A DNA stretch of 64,000 bases from Candidatus Fonsibacter sp. (GTDB lineage Bacteria > Pseudomonadota > Alphaproteobacteria > Pelagibacterales > Pelagibacteraceae), in NCBI GenBank assembly GCA_040404065.1, contig JBBAJM010000001.1. The stretch is one strand, 5' to 3'. Position 1 is the stretch's first letter. Every line of letters starts with the position of its first letter. The position numbers were made by a program, and so were the translations under genes. The notes beneath the pieces were generated by a model that was not told the DNA's origin, searched no databases, and worked only from the letters and a program-made list of their open reading frames with translations. This document shows, one piece after another, positions 10,447 to 19,838 of this stretch.

Positions 10447-11514
10447 ATGGATGAAATTTTACATTTAGAAAAAGAATTTAAATCTAAAATAGATCAATCT
10501 GAGAATCTTCATAAAATTGAACAGGTAAAATCGGAAGCTTTCGGTAAAAACGGAAAGATAGGAGAACTTTTTAAAAAAATTACAACTCTTCAAGGAGAAG
10601 ATAGAAAAAATTTTGCTTCAAATCTAAATAAATTAAAAGATAATATTAACAATCTTATTAATTCTAAAATAAATCTTTTTGAACAAACAGAGATTAATAA
10701 AAAATTATCAGAAGATAGAATCGATGTTACTTTACCAGGAAGACCCATCACTTTTGGGAAAATTCATCCAGTCACGCAAGTTATCGATGAAGTAACAGCT
10801 ATTTTTGGAGAGATAGGATTTTCAGTAGCAGAAGGGCCTGATGTAGAAAATGAGTATAATAATTTTACAGCATTAAATACCCCACCCCACCATCCAGCAA
10901 GAGACATGCATGATACTTTTTATTTAGGTCAAAACAAAGAAATTTTGTTACGAACACATACTTCCCCAGTTCAAATAAGAACTATGTTGTCTGGAAAACC
11001 ACCATTCAAAATTATTGCACCTGGAAGAACTTATAGATGCGATAGTGATCAAACGCACACTCCTATGTTTCATCAAGTCGAAGGTTTGCATATAGATAAA
11101 AATGTAAACATGGGACATCTAAAAGGAGTTCTTGATTATTTTATTAGAAAATTTTTTGAAGTAGATAAAATTAAGATGAGATTTAGACCTAGTCACTTTC
11201 CTTTTACTGAGCCATCAGCAGAAGTTGACATTGGCTATGAATTAAAAGATGGGAAAATTGTTATTGGTGAGGGGGATAAATGGCTTGAAATATTGGGCTG
11301 TGGAATGGTTCATCCTAATGTTTTAAAAAATTGCAAAGTAAATACTTCAATGTATCAGGGTTATGCTTTTGGCATCGGAATTGATAGATTGGCCATGCTT
11401 AAGTATGGAATAAATGATCTAAGATCTTTTTTTGAAACAGATGTTAGATGGCTAGAACATTATGGATTTGATCCATTAGATATACCTGCAAATTATAGAG
11501 GCTTTAGCAGATGA
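10447..11514 (+). CDS. pheS: Phenylalanyl-tRNA synthetase alpha subunit
   Basis: [53 protein letters not shown]. Confidence 0.98.
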   Translation: MDEILHLEKEFKSKIDQSENLHKIEQVKSEAFGKNGKIGELFKKITTLQGEDRKNFASNLNKLKDNINNLINSKINLFEQTEINKKLSEDRIDVTLPGRPITFGKIHPVTQVIDEVTAIFGEIGFSVAEGPDVENEYNNFTALNTPPHHPARDMHDTFYLGQNKEILLRTHTSPVQIRTMLSGKPPFKIIAPGRTYRCDSDQTHTPMFHQVEGLHIDKNVNMGHLKGVLDYFIRKFFEVDKIKMRFRPSHFPFTEPSAEVDIGYELKDGKIVIGEGDKWLEILGCGMVHPNVLKNCKVNTSMYQGYAFGIGIDRLAMLKYGINDLRSFFETDVRWLEHYGFDPLDIPANYRGFSR

Positions 11515-13904
11515 AAATAACTTCTTCTTGGTTAAAGGATCATCTAAAGACAAGCGCAAATATCGAAAAGATTGTTTCAACTTTAAATAATATAGGACTC
11601 GAAGTTGAAAGCGTTGGGGCAACAGATAAAAATAATTTCTTTTTAGTAGCAAAAATTATTAAAGCAGAAAAACATCCAAACGCAGATAAATTAAAATTAT
11701 GTGATGTTGATATTGGATCTGGAAAAATACTAAAAGTTGTTTGTGGAGCTTCGAATGCTAGAGATGGTTTGTTGACTGTTTATGCTAAACCAGGAGCCAT
11801 TATTCCTAAAAATCAACTTAAAATTAAAGTTACTAATATTAGAGGAGTCGACTCTTATGGAATGCTTTGTTCAGAATCTGAACTAGGATTATCTGATGAG
11901 AGCCAAGGAATTATTGAATTAGATTCAAAAAAATTTAAAGTCGGAAATAGTTATTTTAAAAATAATAGTGAACCAGCAATTGATATATCTATAACACCTA
12001 ATAGATCTGACTGTTTAGGAGTAAGAGGCATTGCAAGAGATTTATCAACAGCAGGCCTTGGAAAATTAATTGAACTGCAGCAAACTAAATTAAAAACTAA
12101 TATTAAAAATCCATTTAAAGTTATTATTCAATCTAATTCCGGATGTTCTTCATTTACTCATTGCTACATTGAAGGAATAAAAAATTCTGAAAGTCCAAAA
12201 TGGTTAAAAGATAAATTAATTGCAGTCGGAATGAATCCTATCTCAGCAGTTGTTGATATTACAAATTACATTATGCTTGATTTAAATAGACCTCTACACG
12301 CGTATGACGCTGATAAAATAGAAAGAAAAGTTATTGTGCGTTCTTCAAAAAAAGGAGAAAAATTTTTAGCCTTAGATAATAATAATTATTCACTAGAAGA
12401 TGGCGCATGTCTAATTACTAATGAGAAAGAAATTCTTGGTTTAGGAGGGGTGATTGGAGGAGAAAGCTCTTCAATTTCTTTAGATACAAAAAATATTTTT
12501 TTAGAATCGGCTTTATTTGATCCTGCTAAAATATCTAAAGCTGCAAAAAAATTAGGCATCAATTCTGATGCTAAGTTTAGATTTGAAAGAGGAGTTGATC
12601 CTAACACTATGGAATATGGTTTAAAACTTGCAGCCCAAATAATTAATAAGCTATGTGGTGGAAAAATAAGTAATTTAGTTGCTTCTGGAGAAGGCAATTT
12701 TAAAAATAAGCAAATTAAATTCAATTCTAAAAAATTTGAAAAAATAATAGGAAGTAAAATTTCAACAGCTGAAATTAATAAAATTTTAAATAATTTAGGT
12801 TTTAAATTTAAAGAAAGCAAAAATGTATATTCCATAATCGTCCCAACTTGGCGCCCAGATATTAATGAAGAAGTTGATATAGTTGAGGAGTTAATAAGAA
12901 TAAGAGGGTATGATAAAATTCAACTTATCAATCCAGAAGTTGATAGTTCAAAAAATATTTTAACAGGAAAACAAAAATTGCAGCGATTTGCTCAAAGATC
13001 TATAGCGAACAAAGGTTTTATGGAGACAGTTACTTATTCTTTTACAAGCTCAAAAATTGATTCTTTATTTGATTTACATAATAAAAATTTATTAATTACC
13101 AACCCAATTTCTAATGATTTGAATGCTTTAAGATCTTCAATTTTTTCAAATCTTTTAATTCATGCAAAAAATAACATTCATAGAAATTTTGAAGATCAGA
13201 AAATTTTTGAATGTGGACCAGTATTTTTTGGTTCAAAACCTGGAGAACAAATAGTAGTTATTGGAGGAATTCAAATTGGAAAAATTTATAGAAAAAATTG
13301 GTTAGAAAAAGATAAAGACGTTGACGTGTTCGAGATTAAAGACATTGTTTATAAAACACTGATAGAGCTTGGAATTGATGAACAAGAACTGTCAATTATT
13401 CAAGAATCTGAATCATATTATCACCCAGGTAGGTCAGGAAAGTTTTTTTTAAGCTCAAATAAACAATCGCCACTTGCTAATTTTGGAGAAATTAATCCTA
13501 AAATTATTAAAGAACTAGATATAAAATATGGACCAGTTTTTGGTTTTCAAATTTTTTTAAATAATATTCCAGTTATTAATAAGCAAAATACAGAAAAGAA
13601 ATTTAAATATTTAGTTTCTAATTTTCAAAAGATAGAAAGAGATTTTGCCTTTATTATTGATAAAAAATTTGAAGCAGAAAAAATTATTAATGCATTGTTT
13701 AATGTGGATAAAAAATTAATTAAAAAAATTAGAATATTCGACGTATTTCAAGGAGGAAATATTGAAAAAAATAAAAAATCAGTAGCATTAAACTTGGTAA
13801 TTCAGTCACAAGATAAAACATTAAATGATAAAGAAATTGATGAGTTGAGTAATAAAATAATTCAAACCATGCAAAAATCTTTTGATGCAACATTAAGATC
13901 CTAA
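11511..13904 (+). CDS. pheT: Phenylalanyl-tRNA synthetase beta subunit
   Basis: [48 protein letters not shown]; ATGA overlap with pheS. Confidence 0.97.
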   Translation: MKITSSWLKDHLKTSANIEKIVSTLNNIGLEVESVGATDKNNFFLVAKIIKAEKHPNADKLKLCDVDIGSGKILKVVCGASNARDGLLTVYAKPGAIIPKNQLKIKVTNIRGVDSYGMLCSESELGLSDESQGIIELDSKKFKVGNSYFKNNSEPAIDISITPNRSDCLGVRGIARDLSTAGLGKLIELQQTKLKTNIKNPFKVIIQSNSGCSSFTHCYIEGIKNSESPKWLKDKLIAVGMNPISAVVDITNYIMLDLNRPLHAYDADKIERKVIVRSSKKGEKFLALDNNNYSLEDGACLITNEKEILGLGGVIGGESSSISLDTKNIFLESALFDPAKISKAAKKLGINSDAKFRFERGVDPNTMEYGLKLAAQIINKLCGGKISNLVASGEGNFKNKQIKFNSKKFEKIIGSKISTAEINKILNNLGFKFKESKNVYSIIVPTWRPDINEEVDIVEELIRIRGYDKIQLINPEVDSSKNILTGKQKLQRFAQRSIANKGFMETVTYSFTSSKIDSLFDLHNKNLLITNPISNDLNALRSSIFSNLLIHAKNNIHRNFEDQKIFECGPVFFGSKPGEQIVVIGGIQIGKIYRKNWLEKDKDVDVFEIKDIVYKTLIELGIDEQELSIIQESESYYHPGRSGKFFLSSNKQSPLANFGEINPKIIKELDIKYGPVFGFQIFLNNIPVINKQNTEKKFKYLVSNFQKIERDFAFIIDKKFEAEKIINALFNVDKKLIKKIRIFDVFQGGNIEKNKKSVALNLVIQSQDKTLNDKEIDELSNKIIQTMQKSFDATLRS

Positions 13905-15716
13905 ATGTCTGCACAAGAAAATATAAGAAATTTTGCAATTATTGCCCATATTGACCACGGTAAATCTACTTTCGCGGATAGATTAATTCAAAAATGCGGA
14001 GGCCTTACAGAACGTGAGATGACAACTCAAGTTTTGGATTCAATGGATTTAGAGAAAGAAAGGGGAATTACTATAAAAGCTCAAACAGTTAGATTGAATT
14101 ATAAATCAAAAAAAGATGGTAAAAATTACATATTAAATATTATTGATACGCCAGGACATGTTGATTTTAGTTATGAAGTAAATAGGTCACTTGCTTCATG
14201 TGAAGGATCATTGCTTATTGTTGATAGTACTCAAGGCGTTGAAGCTCAAACTTTAGCTAATGTTTATCAGGCTATGGATAATCATCATGAGATTATAACA
14301 GTTTTAAATAAAATAGATTTACCAGCATCAGATGTTGAGAGAGTAAAAAAACAAATAGAAGATGTTATAGGAATTGACACATCGGACGCTCTAACTGCGT
14401 CCGGAAAAACAGGAGAAGGGGTAGATGAAATATTAGAAGCAATTGTTGAAAGACTTCCTGCTCCAAAAGGAAATAAAGATTTACCTTTAAAAGCATTGCT
14501 AGTTGATAGCTGGTACGACAGTTATTTGGGAGTGGTTATATTGGTTAGAATACTAGATGGAGCAATTAAAAAAGGAATGGAAATTTTATTGATGTCGACA
14601 AACACAAGACATCCAGTTGAAAGAGTCGGCGTGTTCACTCCTAAAGCAGAAAATAAAGAATATTTAGGTCCTGGAGAAATTGGTTTTATTGTTACGGGCA
14701 TCAAAGATCTTTCGGATACTAAAATTGGAGATACGATAACGGATTATACTAATCCTATAAAAGATCCGTTACCAGGATTTAAACCAAGCAAGCCGGTTGT
14801 ATTTTGCGGATTATTTCCAGTTGATAGCACAGAATACAATTTATTAAGAGATAGTCTTGCAAAATTAAAATTAAACGATTCTAGTTTCGTTTATGAGCCA
14901 GAAAATTCTGCTGCTTTAGGATTGGGTTTTAGATGTGGTTTTTTAGGACTTCTTCATCTTGAAATTATTGTACAAAGATTAGACCGCGAATATAATTTAA
15001 ACTTAATTACCACAACACCAGGAGTTGTTTATAAAATTAATAAAATTGATGGAACGATTATGGATCTTCAAAATCCTGCTAGTATGCCAGAACCAAATTT
15101 TATTAAATCTATTAATGAACCATGGATTAACGCAACGATAATTCTTCCAGAAGAATATCTAGGTTCAATTATGAAATTATGTGAAGAAAAAAGAGGAAAA
15201 CAAAAAAGTTTAAGTTATTCAGGAAATCGTGCGGTCTTGTCTTATGAGTTGCCATTAAATGAAGTTGTTTTTGATTTTTACGACAAGATAAAATCTATTT
15301 CCAGTGGCTATGCGAGTTTTGATTATGAGCTAAGCGATTATAGAGAGGGTGATCTAATTAAATTATCCATACTAGTAAATGATGAGATGGTTGATGCGTT
15401 ATCTATGATTATTCATAAAGATTTTGCTTTAAGACAAGGAAGATTAATGTGCGAAAGATTAAAAGATTTAATACCAAGGCATCAATTTCAAATACCAATT
15501 CAAGCGGCCATTGGTGGAAAAATTATAGCAAGAGAAACAATATCTGGTTATAGAAAAGATGTTATTAGTAGAATTCATGGTGGTGGAGCAAGAGATAGAA
15601 AGAAAAAACTATTAGAAAAACAAAAAAAAGGAAAAGCCCGAATGAGACAGTTTGGAAGCGTTGATATTCCCCAAGAAGCTTTTATTGAAGTTCTTAAGAT
15701 AAACAAAAATGAATAA
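13905..15716 (+). CDS. lepA: Elongation factor 4 (LepA)
   Basis: [44 protein letters not shown], and C-terminal [10 protein letters not shown]. Confidence 0.98.
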   Translation: MSAQENIRNFAIIAHIDHGKSTFADRLIQKCGGLTEREMTTQVLDSMDLEKERGITIKAQTVRLNYKSKKDGKNYILNIIDTPGHVDFSYEVNRSLASCEGSLLIVDSTQGVEAQTLANVYQAMDNHHEIITVLNKIDLPASDVERVKKQIEDVIGIDTSDALTASGKTGEGVDEILEAIVERLPAPKGNKDLPLKALLVDSWYDSYLGVVILVRILDGAIKKGMEILLMSTNTRHPVERVGVFTPKAENKEYLGPGEIGFIVTGIKDLSDTKIGDTITDYTNPIKDPLPGFKPSKPVVFCGLFPVDSTEYNLLRDSLAKLKLNDSSFVYEPENSAALGLGFRCGFLGLLHLEIIVQRLDREYNLNLITTTPGVVYKINKIDGTIMDLQNPASMPEPNFIKSINEPWINATIILPEEYLGSIMKLCEEKRGKQKSLSYSGNRAVLSYELPLNEVVFDFYDKIKSISSGYASFDYELSDYREGDLIKLSILVNDEMVDALSMIIHKDFALRQGRLMCERLKDLIPRHQFQIPIQAAIGGKIIARETISGYRKDVISRIHGGGARDRKKKLLEKQKKGKARMRQFGSVDIPQEAFIEVLKINKNE

Positions 15717-15734
15717 TTACTAAATTAATTTTTT

Positions 15735-16562
15735 TTAAGCAATCCATTCTCTATATTTGATTTGATTTTCTCTAAGAATTTTAGGATAGGTTTCGTCAAT
15801 ATCTACCTTCCTTAGATTGATTGTTTTTCTTCCGTAAACATCTGTTAAATTTTTAATTCTTTCTTTAATTATTTTTTCATCATTTAAATCTTTAATATTA
15901 TAGTTTTTTGGTCCAAGGACATGATCTAATTCTTGGGTATTTATTGAAATTTTATTTGAAATTGTTTGACTATTCATTAAAAAAGAAAAATGCCATCCAC
16001 CATTAAATTCAACATAACGTTTTATTTTTCTATCAAATCTCCACCAAGGATAATTTTTTACTCTAAATTGCCTTACAGTTTGAGCTGATGTAAAAAATTT
16101 ATATTTACAACTTTTTGTACCGGGCCATTTATTTTTCCATTTCAAACCCTTATATAAATGAATATTAAATTTATAATAATACATATTCTGTAAGAATACC
16201 GTTGAGTCAAAATTAATAAATTTTTTGTTATCTAAATTAGGGATCTCATCAACATCAGAAATTAATATGATGTCATTAGGTTCTAAATTTTTCAATCCTA
16301 ATTTGATTTGATTTCTTTGAAAGTTTTCATATACCCAGTTATCACCATGATGTTCTGGAAAATTTTTAATAAAAAAGTATTGAATTTTTGATTCATATTT
16401 CTTGAAATTTTTAATATCAAATAATTTTTTTTTCTCAGCCCCATTAAAAAATTTATTACCTTCTACTATTATAAATTTATCAACTTGATCATATAAGGTT
16501 GCTAATCTAATCTCTAGAACTTCGTTTTCTCCACAGAAACCAAAACAATCAAAAATTTTCAT
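15735..16562 (-). CDS. Glycosyltransferase family 17-like (beta-1,4-N-acetylglucosaminyltransferase-like) protein
   Basis: KIFDCF...ENEVLEIRL...VDKFIIVE, ENFQRN, IILISDVDEIP (DxD) and GGWHFS pattern typical of GT17 homologues. The family call is from motif recognition only. Confidence 0.75.
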   Translation of the reverse strand: MKIFDCFGFCGENEVLEIRLATLYDQVDKFIIVEGNKFFNGAEKKKLFDIKNFKKYESKIQYFFIKNFPEHHGDNWVYENFQRNQIKLGLKNLEPNDIILISDVDEIPNLDNKKFINFDSTVFLQNMYYYKFNIHLYKGLKWKNKWPGTKSCKYKFFTSAQTVRQFRVKNYPWWRFDRKIKRYVEFNGGWHFSFLMNSQTISNKISINTQELDHVLGPKNYNIKDLNDEKIIKERIKNLTDVYGRKTINLRKVDIDETYPKILRENQIKYREWIA

Positions 16563-16621
16563 TATAAAAAATAAAGTATATTATTTAGTATATTTCAAAA
16601 ATGAGATAAAGAAAAAGAAAA

Positions 16622-16711
16622 GGAGAGATGGCCGAGTGGTTGAAGGCGCCCGCTTGGAAAGCGTGTATACTGTTAAAGGTATCAAGGGTTCGAATCCCTT
16701 TCTCTCCGCCA
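16622..16711 (+). tRNA. tRNA-Ser(GGA)
   Basis: Acceptor GGAGAGA/TCTCTCC, discriminator G, encoded CCA, anticodon loop TT-GGA-AA, long variable arm, T-arm AAGGG-TTCGAAT-CCCTT. Confidence 0.96.
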
Positions 16712-16785
16712 AAATTAAGAAATTATTATAAAAATTTAAAAAATTTCTTGATGTAAAGAAAAATTAATTTATTAAATATATCTAC

Positions 16786-17406
16786 ATGAGCCCTACTGTA
16801 AATTTTGAAATTTTGAAAGCAATGCCAGTTACTAAGGCGCCTTTTCCTTATCTCGTCGTTCCAGGATTTGTAAAGAATGAAGCAATAGCGGACATAGAAT
16901 CTGATTATCCAAAAGTTAGTGTTGCAGGAAGTCTCCCTTTAACCTCATTAAGTTACGGAGAAAATTTTAAACGTTTTATGAAAGATATAAGTAGTGAAGA
17001 AATGACTGCTATTATGACCGAAAAATTTGGTATTAATTTAACTAATAGGCCCACAACTATAACTGTGCGTGCCCGTTGTCGTGCTACAGACGGTAAAATT
17101 CACACTGATAGTAAAAGTAAGTTAATTACTGTTCTGATTTATATGAATGATAAGTGGGAAAAGCCAGGCGGGCGTTTACGTCTTTTACGTTCACCAGATA
17201 ATCTTAATGATGCTTTTTTAGAAGTTCCTCCAGCCCAAGGAACATTGATCGCATTTCTTAACCAGTCAAACTCTTGGCACGGTCACGAAAGTTTTGAAGG
17301 TGAGCGTAGAGTTATACAATTAAATTGGGTGCGAGATAAAGGCGTTGTTTGGTATGAGCAATTACGTCATCGCGTTAGTGCATTCTTTAAACAGCTTAAG
17401 CATTAG
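16786..17406 (+). CDS. 2-oxoglutarate/Fe(II)-dependent oxygenase superfamily protein
   Basis: HxD (IHTD), GGRLRL, distal His (SWHG) and 2OG-binding Arg (RRVIQLNW). Atypical CGT-rich Arg codon usage. Confidence 0.85.
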   Translation: MSPTVNFEILKAMPVTKAPFPYLVVPGFVKNEAIADIESDYPKVSVAGSLPLTSLSYGENFKRFMKDISSEEMTAIMTEKFGINLTNRPTTITVRARCRATDGKIHTDSKSKLITVLIYMNDKWEKPGGRLRLLRSPDNLNDAFLEVPPAQGTLIAFLNQSNSWHGHESFEGERRVIQLNWVRDKGVVWYEQLRHRVSAFFKQLKH

Positions 17407-17430
17407 ACTTCAGTACCTAGAGAAGTTTTT
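17407..17430 (+). terminator. Weak putative intrinsic terminator between the converging oxygenase and serine hydrolase
   Basis: ACTTC-N10-GAAGT followed by TTTT immediately after the oxygenase stop codon. Confidence 0.3.
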
Positions 17431-17434
17431 CGAG

Positions 17435-18541
17435 TTAAGAATTAATTCGGTAGAATTCTTTTAATAGATTTATAATTCTTTGGTCTAAACCCATAGTGGG
17501 ATTAATTTTATTTGTGACATATGCAACACCTATTCCCAATAATGGGTCGGCGAAACCTAGTGAGCCACCCCAGCCATTATGACCAAAAGATTCTTTGTTC
17601 TTTCCAAATAACCATCCACCTCGAAGTATCAAACCTACATTAGACCACCTAATTGGTAGCATTAAGCTTTGGTCAATTCTTCCAATACTTTCGGTTAGAC
17701 ATTTTTTAATCGATGTTTTGGATAATAAAATATTTCTTTCTAATATTAAATCATTGACAAAAACATCATAAATTTTGGCAATTGATTTAGCGTTTCCATG
17801 CCCATTCATGGAAGGGACCTCAGCAATTTGCCAATCTTTTTTATTATAGAAGCTTATTTCGTGCCCAGGGTTATTAAAGGCATTAAATTCAGATGTTATT
17901 TTACTTTCAGTTTGGTCTTGATAAAGAAAAGCAATATTTGATAATTGATTTTTTGGAGTTCCAATAAAAAAATCTAACTCTAGTTTCTTTGATAGAAATT
18001 CAGAGACTAATTCACCTAAACTTTTTTTTGTTATCTTTTTTATTATTTCACCGATTAAAAATCCATGTGTCTTTGCATGATAATAAGTTTTTTCTCCAGG
18101 TTTATGATCCGGCTCTTGATTTTCTAAAATAGATATTATTTTATTCCAATCCAAAAGATCTTGCTGTGTTATTTTTTTTTTAAATCTATAGAGACCAGAT
18201 TGATGAGATAGAATATGTTTTAATTTAATTTCTTTTTTATTACTTTGTTTAAAAGTAGGCCAATAATAAGAAACAGGTTTTTCTAAATCTAAAATATTTT
18301 GGTCAATTAAAATTGAGACAATAATTTCATAAATGCCTTTTGTTACTGAAAATACATTTGCGATAGTATTTTCTTCCCATTTTTTATTATCTCTATTTTG
18401 AAAACCACCCCATAAATCTATTAAGGGTTTTCCTTCCTTATATATTGCAAATGATGCCCCAATTTCTTGATTGTTTAAGAAATAATCTTCAAATATTTTT
18501 TTAACAGAGTTATATTTTTCTTCACAGTAGCCATTTACCAT
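17435..18541 (-). CDS. Beta-lactamase-like serine hydrolase (class C/EstA-type esterase family), no obvious signal peptide
   Basis: SxxK motif (FSVTK), LSHQSGL, YYHAKTHG, FGHNGWGGS, YVTN. Confidence 0.85.
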   Translation of the reverse strand: MVNGYCEEKYNSVKKIFEDYFLNNQEIGASFAIYKEGKPLIDLWGGFQNRDNKKWEENTIANVFSVTKGIYEIIVSILIDQNILDLEKPVSYYWPTFKQSNKKEIKLKHILSHQSGLYRFKKKITQQDLLDWNKIISILENQEPDHKPGEKTYYHAKTHGFLIGEIIKKITKKSLGELVSEFLSKKLELDFFIGTPKNQLSNIAFLYQDQTESKITSEFNAFNNPGHEISFYNKKDWQIAEVPSMNGHGNAKSIAKIYDVFVNDLILERNILLSKTSIKKCLTESIGRIDQSLMLPIRWSNVGLILRGGWLFGKNKESFGHNGWGGSLGFADPLLGIGVAYVTNKINPTMGLDQRIINLLKEFYRINS

Positions 18542-18543
18542 TT

Positions 18544-19833
18544 TTAAAATGATAAATTGAAAGCAAAGTTTTTTCCAAGGCTAGCTTTAAGATCCTGACA
18601 AAATCTAGCAGCTTCTGCTCCATCTATTATTCTATGATCGTACGAAAGAGATACAGGCATCATTGCCCTTGGTATAAATTGTCCATCTATAAATATTTGT
18701 TTTGTTTCTGTTTTTCCAATTCCAATAATTGCTACTTCAGGATTATTTATAATTGGGGTAAAAAAACTTCCTCCAATCCCACCTAAGCTCGATATTGTCA
18801 TTGATCCTCCAAAAAATTCTTTTTTATCTATTTTGAGTTCTTTGCTTAATTTGCCAATCTTTCTAAGCTCATTACTTAAGGTTAGAAGATCTTTTTGATC
18901 AACATTTCTAATCTTTGGAACCATTAAGCCATGCGGAGTATCAACTGCAATTCCAATATGGAAATATTTTTTATAGATAATGTTTTCATTTCTCGATTCT
19001 AATGAACAATTAAAATTAGGGTATTTTCTCATCGCATTCACTAATGCTTTCATAATAAAGGCAAGAGGAGTTATTGTGATTTTTTCTTTTGTATTAAGAT
19101 TTATTAAATTTTTTCTAAAACTCTCCATATCTGTAACATCAACCTCATCAAATTGAGTTACGTGAGGAATTTCATTCCAAGCCTTAACTAAATGAGGTCC
19201 TGATAATCTTTTAATCCTTGGGATTTTTTGAATATCAATTTCTCCAAATTCTTCATGTTCAAATGGAAGTTTTTCTTCTTTTATCTCTACTTTTTTTATC
19301 ACCTCTTCTTTTAAGATTCTTGTGTTAAGAGCGCCCTTGATAAATTGCTTAACATCCTCTTCAACAACCCTTCCTTTTCTTGCGCTTCCATCTACTAATC
19401 GAAGGTCAACGCCTAACTCTCTAGCAAACTTTTTTATTTTTGGACTTGCACTTTTTGTATAATTATTTTCATTTTTAACAGGAGCAATACGAACTGTTTG
19501 TGTTTCTGTATTTTGACTTGAAACTGGAGTATTTAAATTTTCATTAGATTTATTATTATTTTTTGTATTTTTTTCTTCAATTTTTTCATTAGAGGATAAT
19601 TCAATTTGCCCTATTATGTCTCCCTGAGAAACTCTATCTCCAACTTTAACTTTTATATTTTTTATTTTTCCAGAAAATTGTGAGGGAACTTCAACGCTTG
19701 ATTTATCGCTTTCTAAAGTAACAAGGCCATCATTTTTTTTTATGTTTTGTTCTGGTTTTGCCAAAATTTCTATAATTTCTACATTTTTAAAATCACCAAT
19801 ATTTGGAACAATTAGATCAGCGGTTTCGGACAT
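18544..19833 (-). CDS. aceF: Pyruvate dehydrogenase E2, dihydrolipoamide acetyltransferase (one lipoyl domain)
   Basis: Lipoyl motif LESDKSSVEVP, E3/E1-binding ASPKIKKFARELGVDL, catalytic TISSLGGIGG and DHRIIDG. Confidence 0.95.
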   Translation of the reverse strand: MSETADLIVPNIGDFKNVEIIEILAKPEQNIKKNDGLVTLESDKSSVEVPSQFSGKIKNIKVKVGDRVSQGDIIGQIELSSNEKIEEKNTKNNNKSNENLNTPVSSQNTETQTVRIAPVKNENNYTKSASPKIKKFARELGVDLRLVDGSARKGRVVEEDVKQFIKGALNTRILKEEVIKKVEIKEEKLPFEHEEFGEIDIQKIPRIKRLSGPHLVKAWNEIPHVTQFDEVDVTDMESFRKNLINLNTKEKITITPLAFIMKALVNAMRKYPNFNCSLESRNENIIYKKYFHIGIAVDTPHGLMVPKIRNVDQKDLLTLSNELRKIGKLSKELKIDKKEFFGGSMTISSLGGIGGSFFTPIINNPEVAIIGIGKTETKQIFIDGQFIPRAMMPVSLSYDHRIIDGAEAARFCQDLKASLGKNFAFNLSF

Positions 19834-19838
19834 TTTAA

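Noticed and set aside
12386-12835. 149-aa minus-strand ORF inside pheT, and the other 60-105-aa ORFs nested in core genes
   Set aside because: Fully overlapped by well-supported genes and lacking recognizable domains; expected by chance.
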